Assembly (NCBI RefSeq): GCF_963921235.1
Contig: NC_086106.1
Location: 20,894,001 to 20,958,000, forward strand
Origin: Mobula hypostoma
Taxonomy: Eukaryota
Reading direction: 5' to 3'
DNA: 64,000 nucleotides
Under the pieces are notes generated by a model that was given only the letters and a program-made list of their open reading frames with translations, did not search any database and was not told where the DNA came from. A program made the position numbers and the translations under genes. Shown piece by piece: positions 11,818 through 24,824 of this stretch. Every line of letters begins with the position of its first letter. Positions within the stretch are counted from its first letter, which is position 1.

Positions 11818-13130
11818 GGCTTTAATTACATGGAGTTGTTAAATATACTGGATTTATTTTCACTGTAACGACGAAGGCAAACTCTAACGTTGGAAACGTT
11901 TGTAAAATTGTGAGCAGTACAGATAGAGCTACAGCCCTTTTCCCTCAGCACGGAACGTAAGAACCAGTGGCAAAAATGTATGGTTATTGGGGAGTGATTA
12001 AATGAAATTTAAGTGATATTATCCCACACATTGGGCTGCGGTTTTCTGCACAGGGTTTCCAAATAAGGTCGTGCAGCTGATACAATATGTTGATCAAAAA
12101 CGTTCGTGCAGGTGACAGAAGAGGAAAGGCAGAGAGTGATGGTGTCAAATACAGAGAAATGTCAAAATGTGTATCTCCATCTTTCGCTGCCGAAAAACTC
12201 GGTTTCATTTCTGCATAATTCTCCTATTCTCCTGCACGGTATGTTCTACACGCTGAAAGATTTCAACTTGAGCTGTCGTGTCACTGATCATCCCCCCTTA
12301 TTTTTGCGTTATTGTGCTGATAATTGTGGCAAATTTTGGCGTCAGCGATGGTCAACATGAATAACCCACCCCCAATAACAATAGGAATTAGGTTTGCTGG
12401 TCGCTGGGACAAATTATATACTCTTGTACTGAGATCTTAAGTGCTCGGTTCGTGGTAAAGCCCACACAATGCTTTCTTGACCTGGAAACTACTTTCCGAA
12501 CGTTTTATGTCCAGCTGAAACATCAACCGCAGCATTTCTAGAATCAAATATTGAACATTATTCTTCGTTCAAAATGACGACAAACTTGTGGTAGTGTTTG
12601 GGGGCTTGCCTTCCTGAATAAGTCGGAGATGTATATTAGCTGTAGTCACGACATTGTAGTTTGGCTCTTGCTTTGGTCACCCATCCCAAACAGATCAAAG
12701 GATAGAGTCTATACTGACAGTAGCCCGCTGATCCTCGAGGGTTGGTGGTTATGAAGGACGGAGTATGGCTCTGTGCCTCAGGAGCGAAGGGGAGAGAAAG
12801 AGGTGTGCTGTGATAATATGGGATTCGTTAGTTACGGGAACGGAAATGTGGTTCTGTAGGCGATAACGAGATTCCCAAATGGTATGTTGCCTCCCTGGTA
12901 TCAGGGCCAGGACATCTTCGATCGAGCCCTGAGCGCTCTTAAGTCGAAGTGTGAACAGCCAGGGTTCAGGGTCCACTTAGTTACCGATGACATGGGTTGG
13001 ATCAGTGACGAGGTTCTGCATAGGGCGTTCAGAGAGTTAGGTGCTAAGTTAAAGGACAAGACATTCAGGTTTCTGATCTGAGGATTTCTACCCATGCCAC
13101 ATGCAAGTACGGCAAATATAGGAAGATTAT
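11818..13130 (+). repeat. Nested ~1.3-kb direct duplicate of 16415-17712, ending in a CR1 ORF1 fragment
   Basis: Both copies start ggctttaattacatggag and run to gaggatttctacccatgcc. An inverted homolog lies at ~35790-37070. Confidence 0.85.
12740..13125 (+). mobile_element. CR1 ORF1 (SGNH/GDSL esterase-like) fragment
   Basis: Translates DSLV.GT..FC..RDSQMVCCLPG....DEVLHRAFRELGAKLKDKTFRFLI.GFLPMP, matching the CR1 ORF1 GDS..MVCCLPGA motif. Confidence 0.75.
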
Positions 13131-13285
13131 ACAAGACAATCGCCAGATATCCTCCTGAGGGAAGCGTTTGAGGGTCACCGGTCTCTGTAGGAAAACACAC
13201 TAAGCAACAAAAAGAAGGACTACACATTCTTCTGTCTGTACCCAAACCAGGAGAATCCATATTAAACACAACCGGTCGATATTGA

Positions 13286-13287
13286 TT

Positions 13288-13359
<72 letters not shown>

Positions 13360-14145
13360 TACTTTACTAATCCCGAGGAAATTTGGTTTTGTTAGTGCTG
13401 CACCAACCAAGAATAGAGCATAAATATAGCAATACAAAAAACACCAACAATCAAACAACGAAATACAAACTATGCCAGATGGAAAATAAGTCCAGGACCA
13501 GTCTATTGGCTCAGGGTGTCTGACCCTCCAGGGGAGGAGCTACACGTTCGATAGCCACAGGCAGGAACGACCTCCCGTGCCGCCAAGTGCTGTATCACGG
13601 TGAAATGTGGCCGAAGTCCAACAGTAAAAAGTTCAATATCCGTTCTGCAAACACTTTCCTCGATCGTAATATGCCCCGGATTGCACCATCTGTTGTTAAC
13701 TAGACCATAAGTACCCAGCTCCTTTCCGTTTACCGCTTTCTGTGCACTTTCGGTCATCGGAACGGTATTACCCACTGAACTCCTCGTCTCCATATGTCTC
13801 TGTTGTCTCGACCCGGTCCCCTTTCCTCGACTTTGTGATCTCCCTCTGCATCCTCTGTGTGTTTTCCTCCGGATTTCAGCAGGGGTGTCCGCCGCTCTGT
13901 TCGCTAAACAAGCCGGCATTAGCTGGTTTCTGGAATACACAAAGCGACCTTGCTTCTGTCCCGCGTGTTGGGCTGTAACCATTTCTAGCGCTAAAAAAGA
14001 CCGAAATAAAATCTCTTTACCAGCATGTTACTGAGGGCGCAGCTTCGACGTGTTACCGTGAGAAAAAAATACAAAAAATACGTAAATTAAAAAGTAAGAA
14101 GAAGGAAATAAGGATAGATTCGAACGGCTGTACCAGGCTGCATGC
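13286..14145 (-). mobile_element. Internally deleted Rex1/Babar LINE with a (GATA)n tail
   Basis: ORF 13503-13982 fuses the N-terminus (PAEIRRKTHRGCRG), an endonuclease piece (VNNRWCNPGHITI..DIELFTVGLRP) and the 3' end. The empty site gatattga|aagcaaactc in the forward arm defines the ends. Confidence 0.8.
13288..13359 (+). repeat. (GATA)18 microsatellite
   Basis: Directly visible. The paralog at 52667-52686 has 5 units. Confidence 0.97.
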
Positions 14146-17100
14146 AAGCAAACTCACAGTGGTGGGCATCCAATGCGCAGATCAGTAGAGTGGGCAATTG
14201 TGTTTTGCCATCCTAATTATGGCAGTACTGCGTGCACTAAATCTTGTATCCTCGCGCAAATATAAACTGTTTTGATAGAATTACAAATCAAACCAAATCT
14301 ACCCTATCATAAAGTGACTTACAGTCACTCAGCACTTGTATGACTTTCGGAAAGAAGAAAAGAAGAACTTTTGAAGTTTACTCACTGTTGTCATGCAGGA
14401 AAAGTGGGCCTAAATTGCGTAAAGAAACCTTTCTGATACAGCAATGGCGTATAAAGAAATCAGGCATTCCGTGGTACTGGTTGAGGGATCAATGATTATA
14501 CAGATACTGGAGAACTTTCAAAACCGTTTATACAGACCTGACACACCGATCCCGCCATAGCAGGAAACAAAATGACAAACATTATTTGTTTCCTCCAATA
14601 GGACAGCAATAATGTCGTACGGTTTGGAGGCTTCCGTCCTCTGATGTCTGGGAGATCGATGATGGATAGAGTCAGGGCATTGTGTTCTGGTTCTTGGTAG
14701 CGTCAAATTTCCAGAGCGTTCAAACGAAATAGGCCAGATTAAAAATGGTCTTGTAGCCCCGGTGGTACTACACAGGGCTAAGAAACTGTCTGATCCACAA
14801 AAAAAAAATCGTGAAACAGCAATGGAGAGTCATTGAGCTGTATATCTGTGCGCAATGGCATTTCAGAACCTCCACCTAGGATTTGAATGTCTGACAGTAT
14901 TGAAAATCGAGAGAAAACTGCAGGCACCATGAAGTAAGCCATGAACACCGCCATGATCAAGATTAAAATTTGAACATGTTGGCCTAGCTGTCTTCAGGTA
15001 TGAGGCAGAAACCAGGTCCCGGAACACACCTGGGGTGCAATTTTGAAGATGGCCAAGGATAGACACTCAACGGTGCCAATGTGGCTAACCCTTTATGATA
15101 GAAACTTGTCTGCAAGTTCTTGGCCCATGTGATCTATGTCAAGTTGACTCAATTTGACACCTTCTTCGTTATTCATATATGTATCGTATGTATGTGTCGT
15201 TTGCAAACGTAATCACCTACTCACTGCACTCTGCCTTCCGGTCCCAAGCCAACTTTAAATCCAATGTAACAAGTTTCAATGAGTCTTCTAGGTCAGTCTA
15301 CCAACAGTGATCTTGTCGTATTTATTATAGTGCATCACACCACACATCTTTGTCACAATTCAAAAACTTATTTTCTGTTAAAAGGCATGGATCCTCTGCA
15401 TAATTCCTTGCTGATCAACCTTAATGTGGCACACGCCATGAGGACTATATCAATTAGTAGGGAGAGATGCATCTTTCTTATATCGTTACCTGTAGAGCTA
15501 ACTGAATTCGGTCAGTGCTATACACTTTCACTGATCCTATGATTAGTTTTCTCGAGAATAAAATTGATTAGACGGCCGAATAGTGCAGCCTGTAACATGG
15601 TTATCTCAGAGCTCTAAAAAGCTTTCGTTCATGACCTCGGGCGTTGTGTGTGCTGGTAGATTTCTCAGTTATGTTTGAGAACTACGGAGGTACCGGCAGG
15701 TGATCTGGTGTTCATCAACATGCCATGTTTTTCAGCGAGCAGTTCAATGGATCGCATTAAATTACCAACGTGTGTCTTAGGATTTATGATAATTTGAAGG
15801 GACTCTGTGGAGAATAGAATTAGATCACAGAAGACAGGGACTGATGGGTCGCCAAGAATTCGCGGATCCAACGTCTTCTCATGTTGAAATTGGGAAAATG
15901 TAACTCTTTCTAACATACCAGCGAATTTCAAGCAATACGGGACAAAAAAAAACAAAAAAAAAAAAACAAACGATTGTCCCTGGCATGTTCAAGAGCGATT
16001 ATTCCTTGTTTATAAGCTGATGGGTCGAAATCAACATGTTCAATAGCGCAGCCAATTCAAGCGGGCGTACAGCAGTAGAGTTGGGTGTAATCAACGGTTA
16101 TGGTTTGGTGGTCAAACAGTGTAAGTGTGCAAAATCAAATCGGTGTGAGGATAGCATGATGCTTATGCAATAATTTAGTTGTCGCCTTATCAGTACCAAT
16201 TTGGAGAAGCACATGTTGTGTCACGAAAGCATGACACATGCAGATGATATTTGGATGTGTTTGTGTTTACAGGGGTTTATTATTGATGTTCGAGTAAGGG
16301 CGATCGACCATGGGTGCATAGATCTCATGTATCTAGAGATATAAAATTGATGGGTGAATGATTCTGGCGTTGCCTGTAGTGGAGAACAGGTTTCACCCGT
16401 TTCCTGAAATGGGCGGCTTTAATTACATGGAGCTGTTAAATATGCTGGATTTACTTTCACTGTAACGACGAAGGGAAACTCTAACGTTGAAAAAGTGTGT
16501 ACAGTGGTGAGCAGTATAGATAGAGCTACAGCCTTTACCCTTGACAAGGAATGTAAGAACAAGTGGCAAAAATGTATGGTTATTATGGAGTGATTGAAGA
16601 AAATTTAAGTGATATTATCCCACACACCGGGCTGCAGTTTTCTGCAAATGAATTCCAGATGAGTTGGTACAGATGATACAATATGTTGTTCAAAAGACAT
16701 TCCTGAATGTGACAGCACAGGGAAGACAGAGAGCAATGGGGTCAAATAGAGGGAAATGACGGCTGCCGAAATATTCAATTCCTGTACTGTAATATTCCCC
16801 AATTATCTTGCACTGTATCCTCTACGCGCTCCAGGATTTAAACGTGATCTGTAGTATCACTGATCACCCCCCCCCCCCCCCCCCCTTTTCATACGTTTAT
16901 AGTGGTGATAATGGTGGCAACTGTTGGGCTCAGAGATAGGTATCATGAATAACCCACCCTCACCAACTATAGGAATTAGGTTGCATGTTGTTGGGACAAA
17001 TTACATATTCTTGTATTGGAATCGTAAGTACTTTCTTCGTGGAAAAACACGCACTATGCTTTCCTGACCTGGACACTACTTTTCAAACCTTTTATGTCCA

Positions 17101-17339
17101 GCTGCAACATCAACCGCAGCATAGCTAAAATCACATTTTTAACATCTTTCTTCCTCCAAAGGACCACAAATTTGCCGTAGGGTTCGGAGGCTTACCTGTG
17201 TCAATGACCCGAATATCTATATTGGCTTGTGTCACGCCATTGTGGTTTGGCTTTTGGTAGGGTCACCCATCCCAAACAGGTGAAAAGATAGAGGCTATAC
17301 TGAGAGTAGTCCACTGATCCTCAAGGGTCGGTTCTCCAA

Positions 17340-20300
17340 CATTGAGTCTGGCTCCGTGACTCGGAAGCGAAGAGGAGAGAAGAGGCGTGCTGGGATAATA
17401 GGGGATTCGTTAGTTACTGGAAAGGAAATGTTATTCTGTGGCGAAATCGAGAATCCAGGATGGTATCTTGCCTCACTTGTACCAGGGCAGGGATTTCTCC
17501 GATCGAGCCCTGAACGTTCTTTAGTGGAAGCACGAACAGCCAGATTTCATGGTCCACTTAGTTACCAATGACATGCGTAGGACGAGTGACGAGGCTCTGC
17601 ATTAAGTGCTCAGGGATTTAGGTGCTAATTCAAAGGACAAGGCATTCAGGTTTGTGATCTCAGGATTTATACCCATGCCACACGCCAGAGAGGCCATATA
17701 TAAGAAGACTATGCATTTTAACACGGTTAACGAGTTGGTTTCGGAGGGTAGTCATATGATTTTTAGATCTCTGAACTCCCTTCCTGCGAAGATAGAACCT
17801 GCACAGAAGGGACTTCTTGCACCTGAACTGAAGGTGGACATAATATTATAGCCAGAGGTCGCAGACATGCAAGAAAATTGCATTTATTATAGTCAATGAT
17901 TTTTAACTTTACCGATATTGTTTGGGAATGTCATTCTGGAAAAGGATTAGATGTGATCGAGTTTTCCAAATTTGTCCACGATGCTTTCCTTCGTCAGTAA
18001 ATAGTTTCAGTGTATGACAAAAGTTTTGTATAGGGTAACAGTTTGCACCCAGTGACCATAACACATAGCACAAAATAATCCGCAGAGGCTGGGGTCAAAG
18101 CACACAGCATCAGTCAACGTTTCCACGGATGCTGCCCGATCTGCTGAGTTTCTCTAGCGTGTTGTGACCACAATACCATCCCTTTCTTAGTGTATATGAT
18201 TTATAATTGTAGAAAGTCAGTTTTGGTGGTTACAGAAATGTTCTGGCAAGTCAGAGGTTGGGGCAAGCGTTTTTTTTGCATGAAAAGGTGTAATTAATTG
18301 ACTTTAAAAACTAAATTTTGAGAATAAAAAGCTTGTGTGTGCCATCAGAATAAAAAGGTAAAGGTTTCAAGTGCAGGTAACCTTGGTGCTAAAGAGATAG
18401 TGAGGCACAAGCTAAGAGAAAAAAGGAAATGCACACAGCCCTAGGCTAGTAGGAACAAATGAGGTGTTTATACACTATAAGAAATGCAAGAGAGGATTTA
18501 TAAAATAAGTTAGAAGGCGGAACGATGGCGTGAAGGAGCTCTGGAAGACAGAGTGAAGGGACATTATAAGGGATTCAACAAATATGTTTAGAGCAAAAGG
18601 ATTGGATGGAGCAAAATCTGTCTTCCTTGACCACCAGAAGGATAATTCACTTGTTCGGTGCCAACACATAGAGGGTGGTTCAGAAATGAAACCTTCGTGT
18701 CTGTATTTACTCAGAAGACTGGTCAGGGACTACAGAAGGAAAGCATAGACGCATCAAATTCATGAACCTGTGCAGATTACAGAGGAGGACGTAGTTGGAA
18801 TCCTGAGGCTAATTAGGGTCCATAAATCCCTAATATGCTCCGTCGAAGCCTATGGAAGTCAAGCATAGAAACCGCCGGGGCTCTTGTAGAGATATTTTAA
18901 TAATCCTTGGAGACAGGGTAGGTACCAGAGGATTGAAGGTAAGTAACATTATCCTGCTGTTTAATAAGGCTCTAAACAGAAACCAGAAAATTATAGCCCG
19001 GTGAGTCTGATATCGGTTGCGGAAAAGTTACTGGAAGGTATTTCAAGGGACCTGATAAATAAATAATTTAATAGACAAGGATTAATTGACAGTAGTCAGC
19101 TGGGTTTGTGCGTTGTAGATTATGTCCAACCAATTTTATGGAGCTTCTCCAGGATGTTACCAGGCAAGTAGATGAGGGTAGGCAGTGTATGTTATCTACA
19201 AGGACTTTAGTCAGGCATTTGACAAGGACCCGCATGGGCCCCTGGTCAGGACGGTTAGGCACTCGACATTCAGCATGAGGAATTAATTGGATTATTGACT
19301 GGCTGTGGGAGAATCCAGAAAGAGATAGTAGAGTGCTCATTCTCTGATTGGAGGCCTGTGACTGTGCCACTGCGATCGGTACTGGGTCATTTGTTGTTTG
19401 TCATCTATCTCAATCATCTGGATAATTGTATGGGTACTGGTAAGCACATATACAAATACCACCAAGATTCCGGGTGTAGTGTTCAGTGAGAAAGGCCATC
19501 GGGGTTTGCAGGGAGATCTGAATCTGTTGAAAAATGGGCTGAAAAATGAAAGGTTCAACTTAATGCAGACATGTGCAATGTTTCGGACTTCGGTTGGACC
19601 ACTCCGCGAAGGTCTTACAAGTGAGCAGTGTGGTGGAACAAACAGATCTGGGAGTATATGTCCATAATCAGTAGACAGTGACGTCACATGTACACAGAGT
19701 CGGAAAGACAGCATTTGGTAGATTGGTCTTCACAAAACAATTTATTGAGTACAGTTGATGGGATAGTGTACTGAAGTTGTATAACTGGTTGTTGAGGCCT
19801 GCTTTGCAGTATTGTGTGCAGATTTGGCGACCTACCTAGAGGGAGAATGTAAACAAGGTTGAAAGAGTGCAGTGAAAATTTAGAAGGCTATTTCGGGAAC
19901 TGGTGAAGCAGGGATACACGGGAAGGTTGATTAGGACTGTATTCCTTAGAACGGAGAAGATTGAGAGGAAATTTGATAGATGTACACAAAATTACGAGTG
20001 GTATAGATAGTGTAATTGAAAGTAGGCTTTTTCCTCTTAAGTTAGTTGGGACTACAACCAGAGGTCATCGGTTAAGAGTGAACAGTGAAGTTTAAGGAGC
20101 ACCTGAGGGGAGCCGTGTTCAGTCAGTGGGTTCAGAGATTCTGGAATAAGTTGCTAGCACACGACGTGCATGCAATACCGATTTTAGTATTTAAGTGAAG
20201 TTTCGATAGGTGGCTGAATTGCATTGGTACGGAGAGCTTTGGCTGCGGTGCCTGTCAACTGGAGTAGGCAGTCTAAGGAGTTTCTCCATGGACAAAAAGG

Positions 20301-20347
20301 CCAGATGGGCCTGTATCTGCGCTGTGCTTCTCTATGACTCCATGACT
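17340..20347 (+). mobile_element. Old degenerate CR1 LINE (ORF1 esterase, partial APE, RT, 3' tail)
   Basis: GDSLV..CLPG motif, then NYSPVSLISVAEKLLEG-like RT sequence at ~18990. Ends tctatgactccatgact. Many stops and frameshifts. Confidence 0.8.
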
Positions 20348-20559
20348 TTAATCTAGTTACTACATAATTAAGGCAACACATTGACACCGAATTCATGGCA
20401 TTTCGCTCAACGAATCCTTAGCAGAGTTAAAAGATCCATGTTCTATTAATCAGTCCCCTATTAAATCTACATACTAATCAGAATACCATCCCCTTTTCCG
20501 ACTCTTATGTGATTACGTGGATCCCCTCTGACAGCACTTGTTTTTTTTTTGCATGAACA

Positions 20560-21100
20560 GCATGTGGCTACGAATTCTACACCGTCAGTTATTTCAGTTA
20601 TAGAACGTTCCGCGGAACGCCCTAAGGAGATTGCGGATGCCAATCCCATACTTTGGGTAAAGTAAACTCTATATATTGGGAACACTCCGTCAGACACTCA
20701 CAAACTGCGGAGAGCGAAGATACTTATATTTCAGATCTGAGGAAGCGTCTTTGAGCCGAAACTGATCTCCGTTCCGTCTATGCTGATATTTCTATTTCAA
20801 ATGCAGATTTACAAGAGCTGCAGAATGATTATGATATCAAGGTTAGGATATCCAGATTAGTCAGATATTCGAACTTCCTTTTGTCATAACCTATTCCGCT
20901 CTATATATGTAAAAAAAAAATTGCCTTCTCCTCCGCCCCCCACCCCCCTCGAAACCTGTGACCCTTGGCGTTGGCAAAGTTCGAATGAGTTATGATCGTA
21001 TGTCACCAGTCTAATGAACAAACCCATCATGCCTATTTAGCTCATCCAGTGTCCTTGAACGAAATTGTAAATGCCGTTGGTCTGCTTCTTGCTCGTATCA
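20560..21100 (+). mobile_element. L1/Tx1-like ORF2 remnant (region between endonuclease and RT)
   Basis: The paralogous ORF 60076-60612 (ISDLRERL..EMIRTSFVITYSSLL..LYEIVNAVGLL) resembles the L1 F..FYS.LY and I..EEI..AI motifs. Confidence 0.4.
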
Positions 21101-22289
21101 GTATAAATATTTTTCATACAAACTCATAGATCTTCTCTTTTTTTAAGCATAATTTCGCGCCATTCCTCCAAACTCATAGATTGTGAGCGCCTATATATTT
21201 CTCCTTCGGCCTGAAATAGTGACGATTCAAGTCGACCATACGTCATTTCCATACGCAAATGTCACTGTGCTGCTCATAAAATGTTGTCTATCATTTACAC
21301 CCAACCCTGGCTCTGTGTTCCATATCATCATAGCAGATCTCTGGGGGGTGGGTGGGCGGGGGCTAGTGTCTCTTCTAAGTACGAAGATTTAGTCCGTAGA
21401 TTCGATGAGAATTTGTAGACAACTGCAAACCGCTTCCCCAACTGATACCTTCTGTAACTGACTGGTTGTACAATATCATCAATCGACTCCTCCCACTTTC
21501 TAGAATTGATTGATATTATGTAGGAGTGACCAGTTCAGTGTAACTCTTAAGTTCGACTAGTGGCTTAATCTAGGGATAGACGGACTCCGCCCCGGTCAAA
21601 CTTGAGAAATCTTATTTGTGTGGATGCTGCGTTGTGTGTTCCCCTGTTACAAATATGTACCTCGAATTACCAAACAGTACACAATATGCAATTAAACGGT
21701 TGGGCTTTATAATTCTTAATTTGACTATAGGGTTGGTAGAGAATAATGCAAAATGGCCCATTCTCATGAAACAGCATATTTCGCAAAGTTGGAGCTCACG
21801 TTTTCCCATCGGTTCACTCTGCCTCCATTTTCTTCAAGGCATCGACTCCTGACCCCATTCCAAGTCCACTATGTCCTGTCTCTACGACTTCGCTGCTCAG
21901 GCATCTTCTCTCTCCATCTTCCACCGAACAAAAGACCGCAAATCCCTTCTCGCTCCACACAAGAAATAAACAACATGTCTCTCATTGGATGGCACAAATT
22001 CCAAAGCTCCCGTGAGCTTTAGTTATAACCCAGACATTGCTGTTACAGAGAAAACGTTACATAAGCAGTGAAATATTACACAGAACCATTACATAAGCAG
22101 AGAAACCTTACAGAATGTTGCATAAGTTTCACACCTGCACCTTTGGGATACGCGAGGAGAGAGCAGAGGGAAGACCTAGCCTGTATCCACGTGCCCTTGT
22201 GGTGAAGGAGAAATTGCTTAGCAGCCGGAATTACCACGCCACTATCTTGCTTTGAGAAGAACGCTGGCTGGAATCCCTTTTATCATTCA

Positions 22290-22950
22290 GAAAGGTACTC
22301 ACAAGCGACTATCCAAATGGAAGTTATTGTCGGCAGTGTCTGCCAAATCATTTGGGAGCTGTCGGCTGTGGAATTTTCAGTGACAAAGCAGTGCGTGGTT
22401 ATCTCCACTTCCGTATTCACTCTCTGACACTAGTAGTTAGATCGGAAGTAGGAATCTTATAATAGGTTGGCTGTGGCAACCAAAAGAGAAGAGAAAACCT
22501 TCCAAAATCCACACATAAAGTGTTTCTTTATAAGATATTATGTCCCGAGTGAAGCAATGCAGATTTTTTTTTTTAAGAGCTGTAACATGTGTACGGCAGT
22601 TTCACGAGCTGTTGGGAGCTTGGGGAGATTAACGAAGTGCGCTGCTTTCGTGATCCGGTCCACAGCTAACAGAATGCTATTGTTTCCATATGACAGAGGC
22701 AGACCCGTGACAAAATCGGCCGAGACATGACGAAAGGGACAGTGAGGAACAGGCAGTTGGCTGAATCGATCAGCAGGGCGCTGACAGTCTGCGACAAAGT
22801 TATGAACATCATGAGACATAGACAGACGCCTGTCAGGCCGACTCTTGCTGACATCTCACACCATCCAATGCAGGTAACTCCGGAGTCTATGCCACTAATA
22901 GGATCGACCTGCTGCTCGATGTATATCCATCACCTTCAGCCAAATTAACT
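22290..22950 (-). mobile_element. Ty3/Gypsy (Sushi-like) integrase fragment
   Basis: LPVPHCPFRHVSADFVTGLPLSYGNNSILLAVDRITKAAHFVNLPKLPTARETA matches the integrase core motif DFVTGLP..VDRFSKAAHF. Confidence 0.88.
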
Positions 22951-22979
22951 TCAGTTATTTCCCACAATCCTTGTTCGCG

Positions 22980-23600
22980 GATCGATATACCCGACCACAA
23001 ACAGTTGCTCCTCGCTTTACGTCTCCCTGTCTAAAGTTTACTTTGTTGCCGTTTTTGTTGAGTTTGGGTTCTCTTGTTTTGCGGCCTCTCTTGTTTCATT
23101 ATTTCCCCATTTATTACTAAAGTTAACGATTATCGCTAAACCGTTCCCACTGCTCTGCTTTTGGGTCAGGCCTCCTTTACATTTCCAAATAGGATCTGTG
23201 AAACATTGATTGAGCAAGCAGAGTATGCCGGCCGAGATGAAAACCACTGCAGACATGAGCACATGTTCCAGAAGCAGTAGGAAACCACTGACCACCTGTA
23301 CGCCTCTCTCATCCTACTCTCCACTTCAGTGCAGCAAATTTGCGCCAGTCAACCTCCTCCACTTGAGCCCCGGATTCCCCTGTCTGAATGCTTCGATGGA
23401 CATATAACACGATGCAACAACTTCCTGCACGAGTGCCTCGTATACTTCAAGAACCTGCCGTCTCCGTATTGCATTCACCGGACCACGATCGCTTTCGTCG
23501 TCTGTCTATTGACTGGGTGAGCTCTGATGTGGGCCTTCGCTAAATGGGACAACAACGCACCATTTGCAATCGAGAGATGAATCGTCTACCCGCGACTTGT
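22980..23600 (+). mobile_element. Ty3/Gypsy (Sushi-like) LTR end plus gag fragment
   Basis: EPRIPLSECFDG..CNNFLHEC..IAFVVCLLTG*ALMWA matches the retrotransposon gag motif. An LTR-like end ctctgcttttgggtc lies upstream. Confidence 0.75.
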
Positions 23601-24554
23601 CCACTGCTCACGCAAACTTCATCACTCTTGCTCTCTGAATTTTCAGACTTCCTATGGAAAGCCCACCACATCAGCAGCAATACCCACATTTCCGTTCCTA
23701 GAGCAATTTTAGGTTTCAGGATCATAATCGCTAACGCCTCTAGAACTGAGGTAGTTCGGGAGAACTTTGATACTAATGAGAAAGTAGGTGAAGATAGATG
23801 GTAATCAGATGAGGAGGAGGTTCGAATTATTACCTCCTGCGTCACTCAGCTGCCCGGATATCTCTTCGAATAGCTAGGTTTATTAGGTTATGCATGCTGT
23901 CCAGTTCATCGCGCACTGCAATATCATGTCGGACTCCTGTGCTTAACCCACGCTGGAATACATTGATGAGAGATCTCTCGCTTCACCCGGTTTCAACTGA
24001 AAGTGTGCAGAAATTTCCGGCGTGGACTCTCACTGTGCCTCTCCTATTACGCAGGTCCAGGAGTCGGCGGTAGTCCCCCCATTACTAGAAAGTCAAACAG
24101 TCTTTTGTTCCTCAATAGAAATTATCGGAAATACTATGTTGTATAAGAAGCTTGTTTTCGTAAAGCGCGGGACAGGTTGATTTTGGATCCGAGGAAGAGA
24201 TTCATCATGTAAGCCAGTCACAGTGCATTATCACTGAACAGACCTCTCTGGTCACATTGGAAATTCAGCTGATACTGGTTAATACAACTTCTACAGCCTT
24301 CAGGATCACCGAAGGATCTGCCTGATGTAGGATTGTTTGTTTCAGTTCCAGAAGCGGTAAGGAAATCAGGGCATCGGTGCCGAAGGCTGATGAGACTGCA
24401 ATAAGGGAGGGGGTGGGGGTGCTGGTGCTGGAAGCGGGCTTTTACTGCTCGAGAAATGCTGGAAATTGGCAGTAATAACCAGCTTGTACTGGGCTTGATA
24501 CTTTGAGATTAAGTGCCAACCCGACCTCCACTGATTTTAACTTCTCTCATACAT

Positions 24555-24824
24555 GACCAAGTGTAGTGCGTGGCCAAGTAGTTAGGGCGTTGGGCTCACC
24601 CCCGGCCAGGGCAGCATGTGTGTCCTTGAGCAAGGCACTTATCCGCACAATGCTCCTGTCTACACAGCTGAAAAATGCTGGGGGTCAACGTCGCGGTAGA
24701 GGACTGGTGTCCTATCCGGAGGTTGGGGGGTGTGGTCTCGTACTCTTAGTCGCATCACGCCGCAGAAACCGGCATAAGCACCGGCCTGATGAGCCACACA
24801 AAGGCTCGGGACAGGACTCTTTGA
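24555..24824 (+). mobile_element. tRNA-headed SINE-like element with a LINE-type 3' stem-loop
   Basis: A-box-like tggccaagtagttag (24571-24585) and core gtgtccttgagcaaggcactta. Tail gaaaccgg..ccggcctgatgagcc. Flanked by direct repeats CATACAT (24548-24554 and 24825-24831). Confidence 0.6.

Larger units (their letters stand above)
8380..18960 (-). repeat. Reverse arm of the inverted duplication, copy A
   Basis: Reverse-complement homology to 1-4262 and to 31998-39400, e.g. 15070 ctcaacggtgccaatgtggc vs ~38430 gccacattggcaccgttgag. Interrupted by a nested duplication and a Rex1 insert. Confidence 0.88.
1..24066. repeat. Tandem segmental duplication, copy A (left end outside the window)
   Basis: Position 1 (aaccgttctgctttg) aligns to 39168 and 24027 (ctctcactgtgcct) aligns to 63961. 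Gene and TE order is collinear. Spot-checked identity is ~87-99%. Confidence 0.97.

Noticed and set aside
24765-24810. Hammerhead-like words (GAAAC ... CTGATGAG) in the SINE tail
   Set aside because: Element order and the missing NUH cleavage site do not fit any hammerhead topology. It is better explained as a LINE-type 3' stem-loop.
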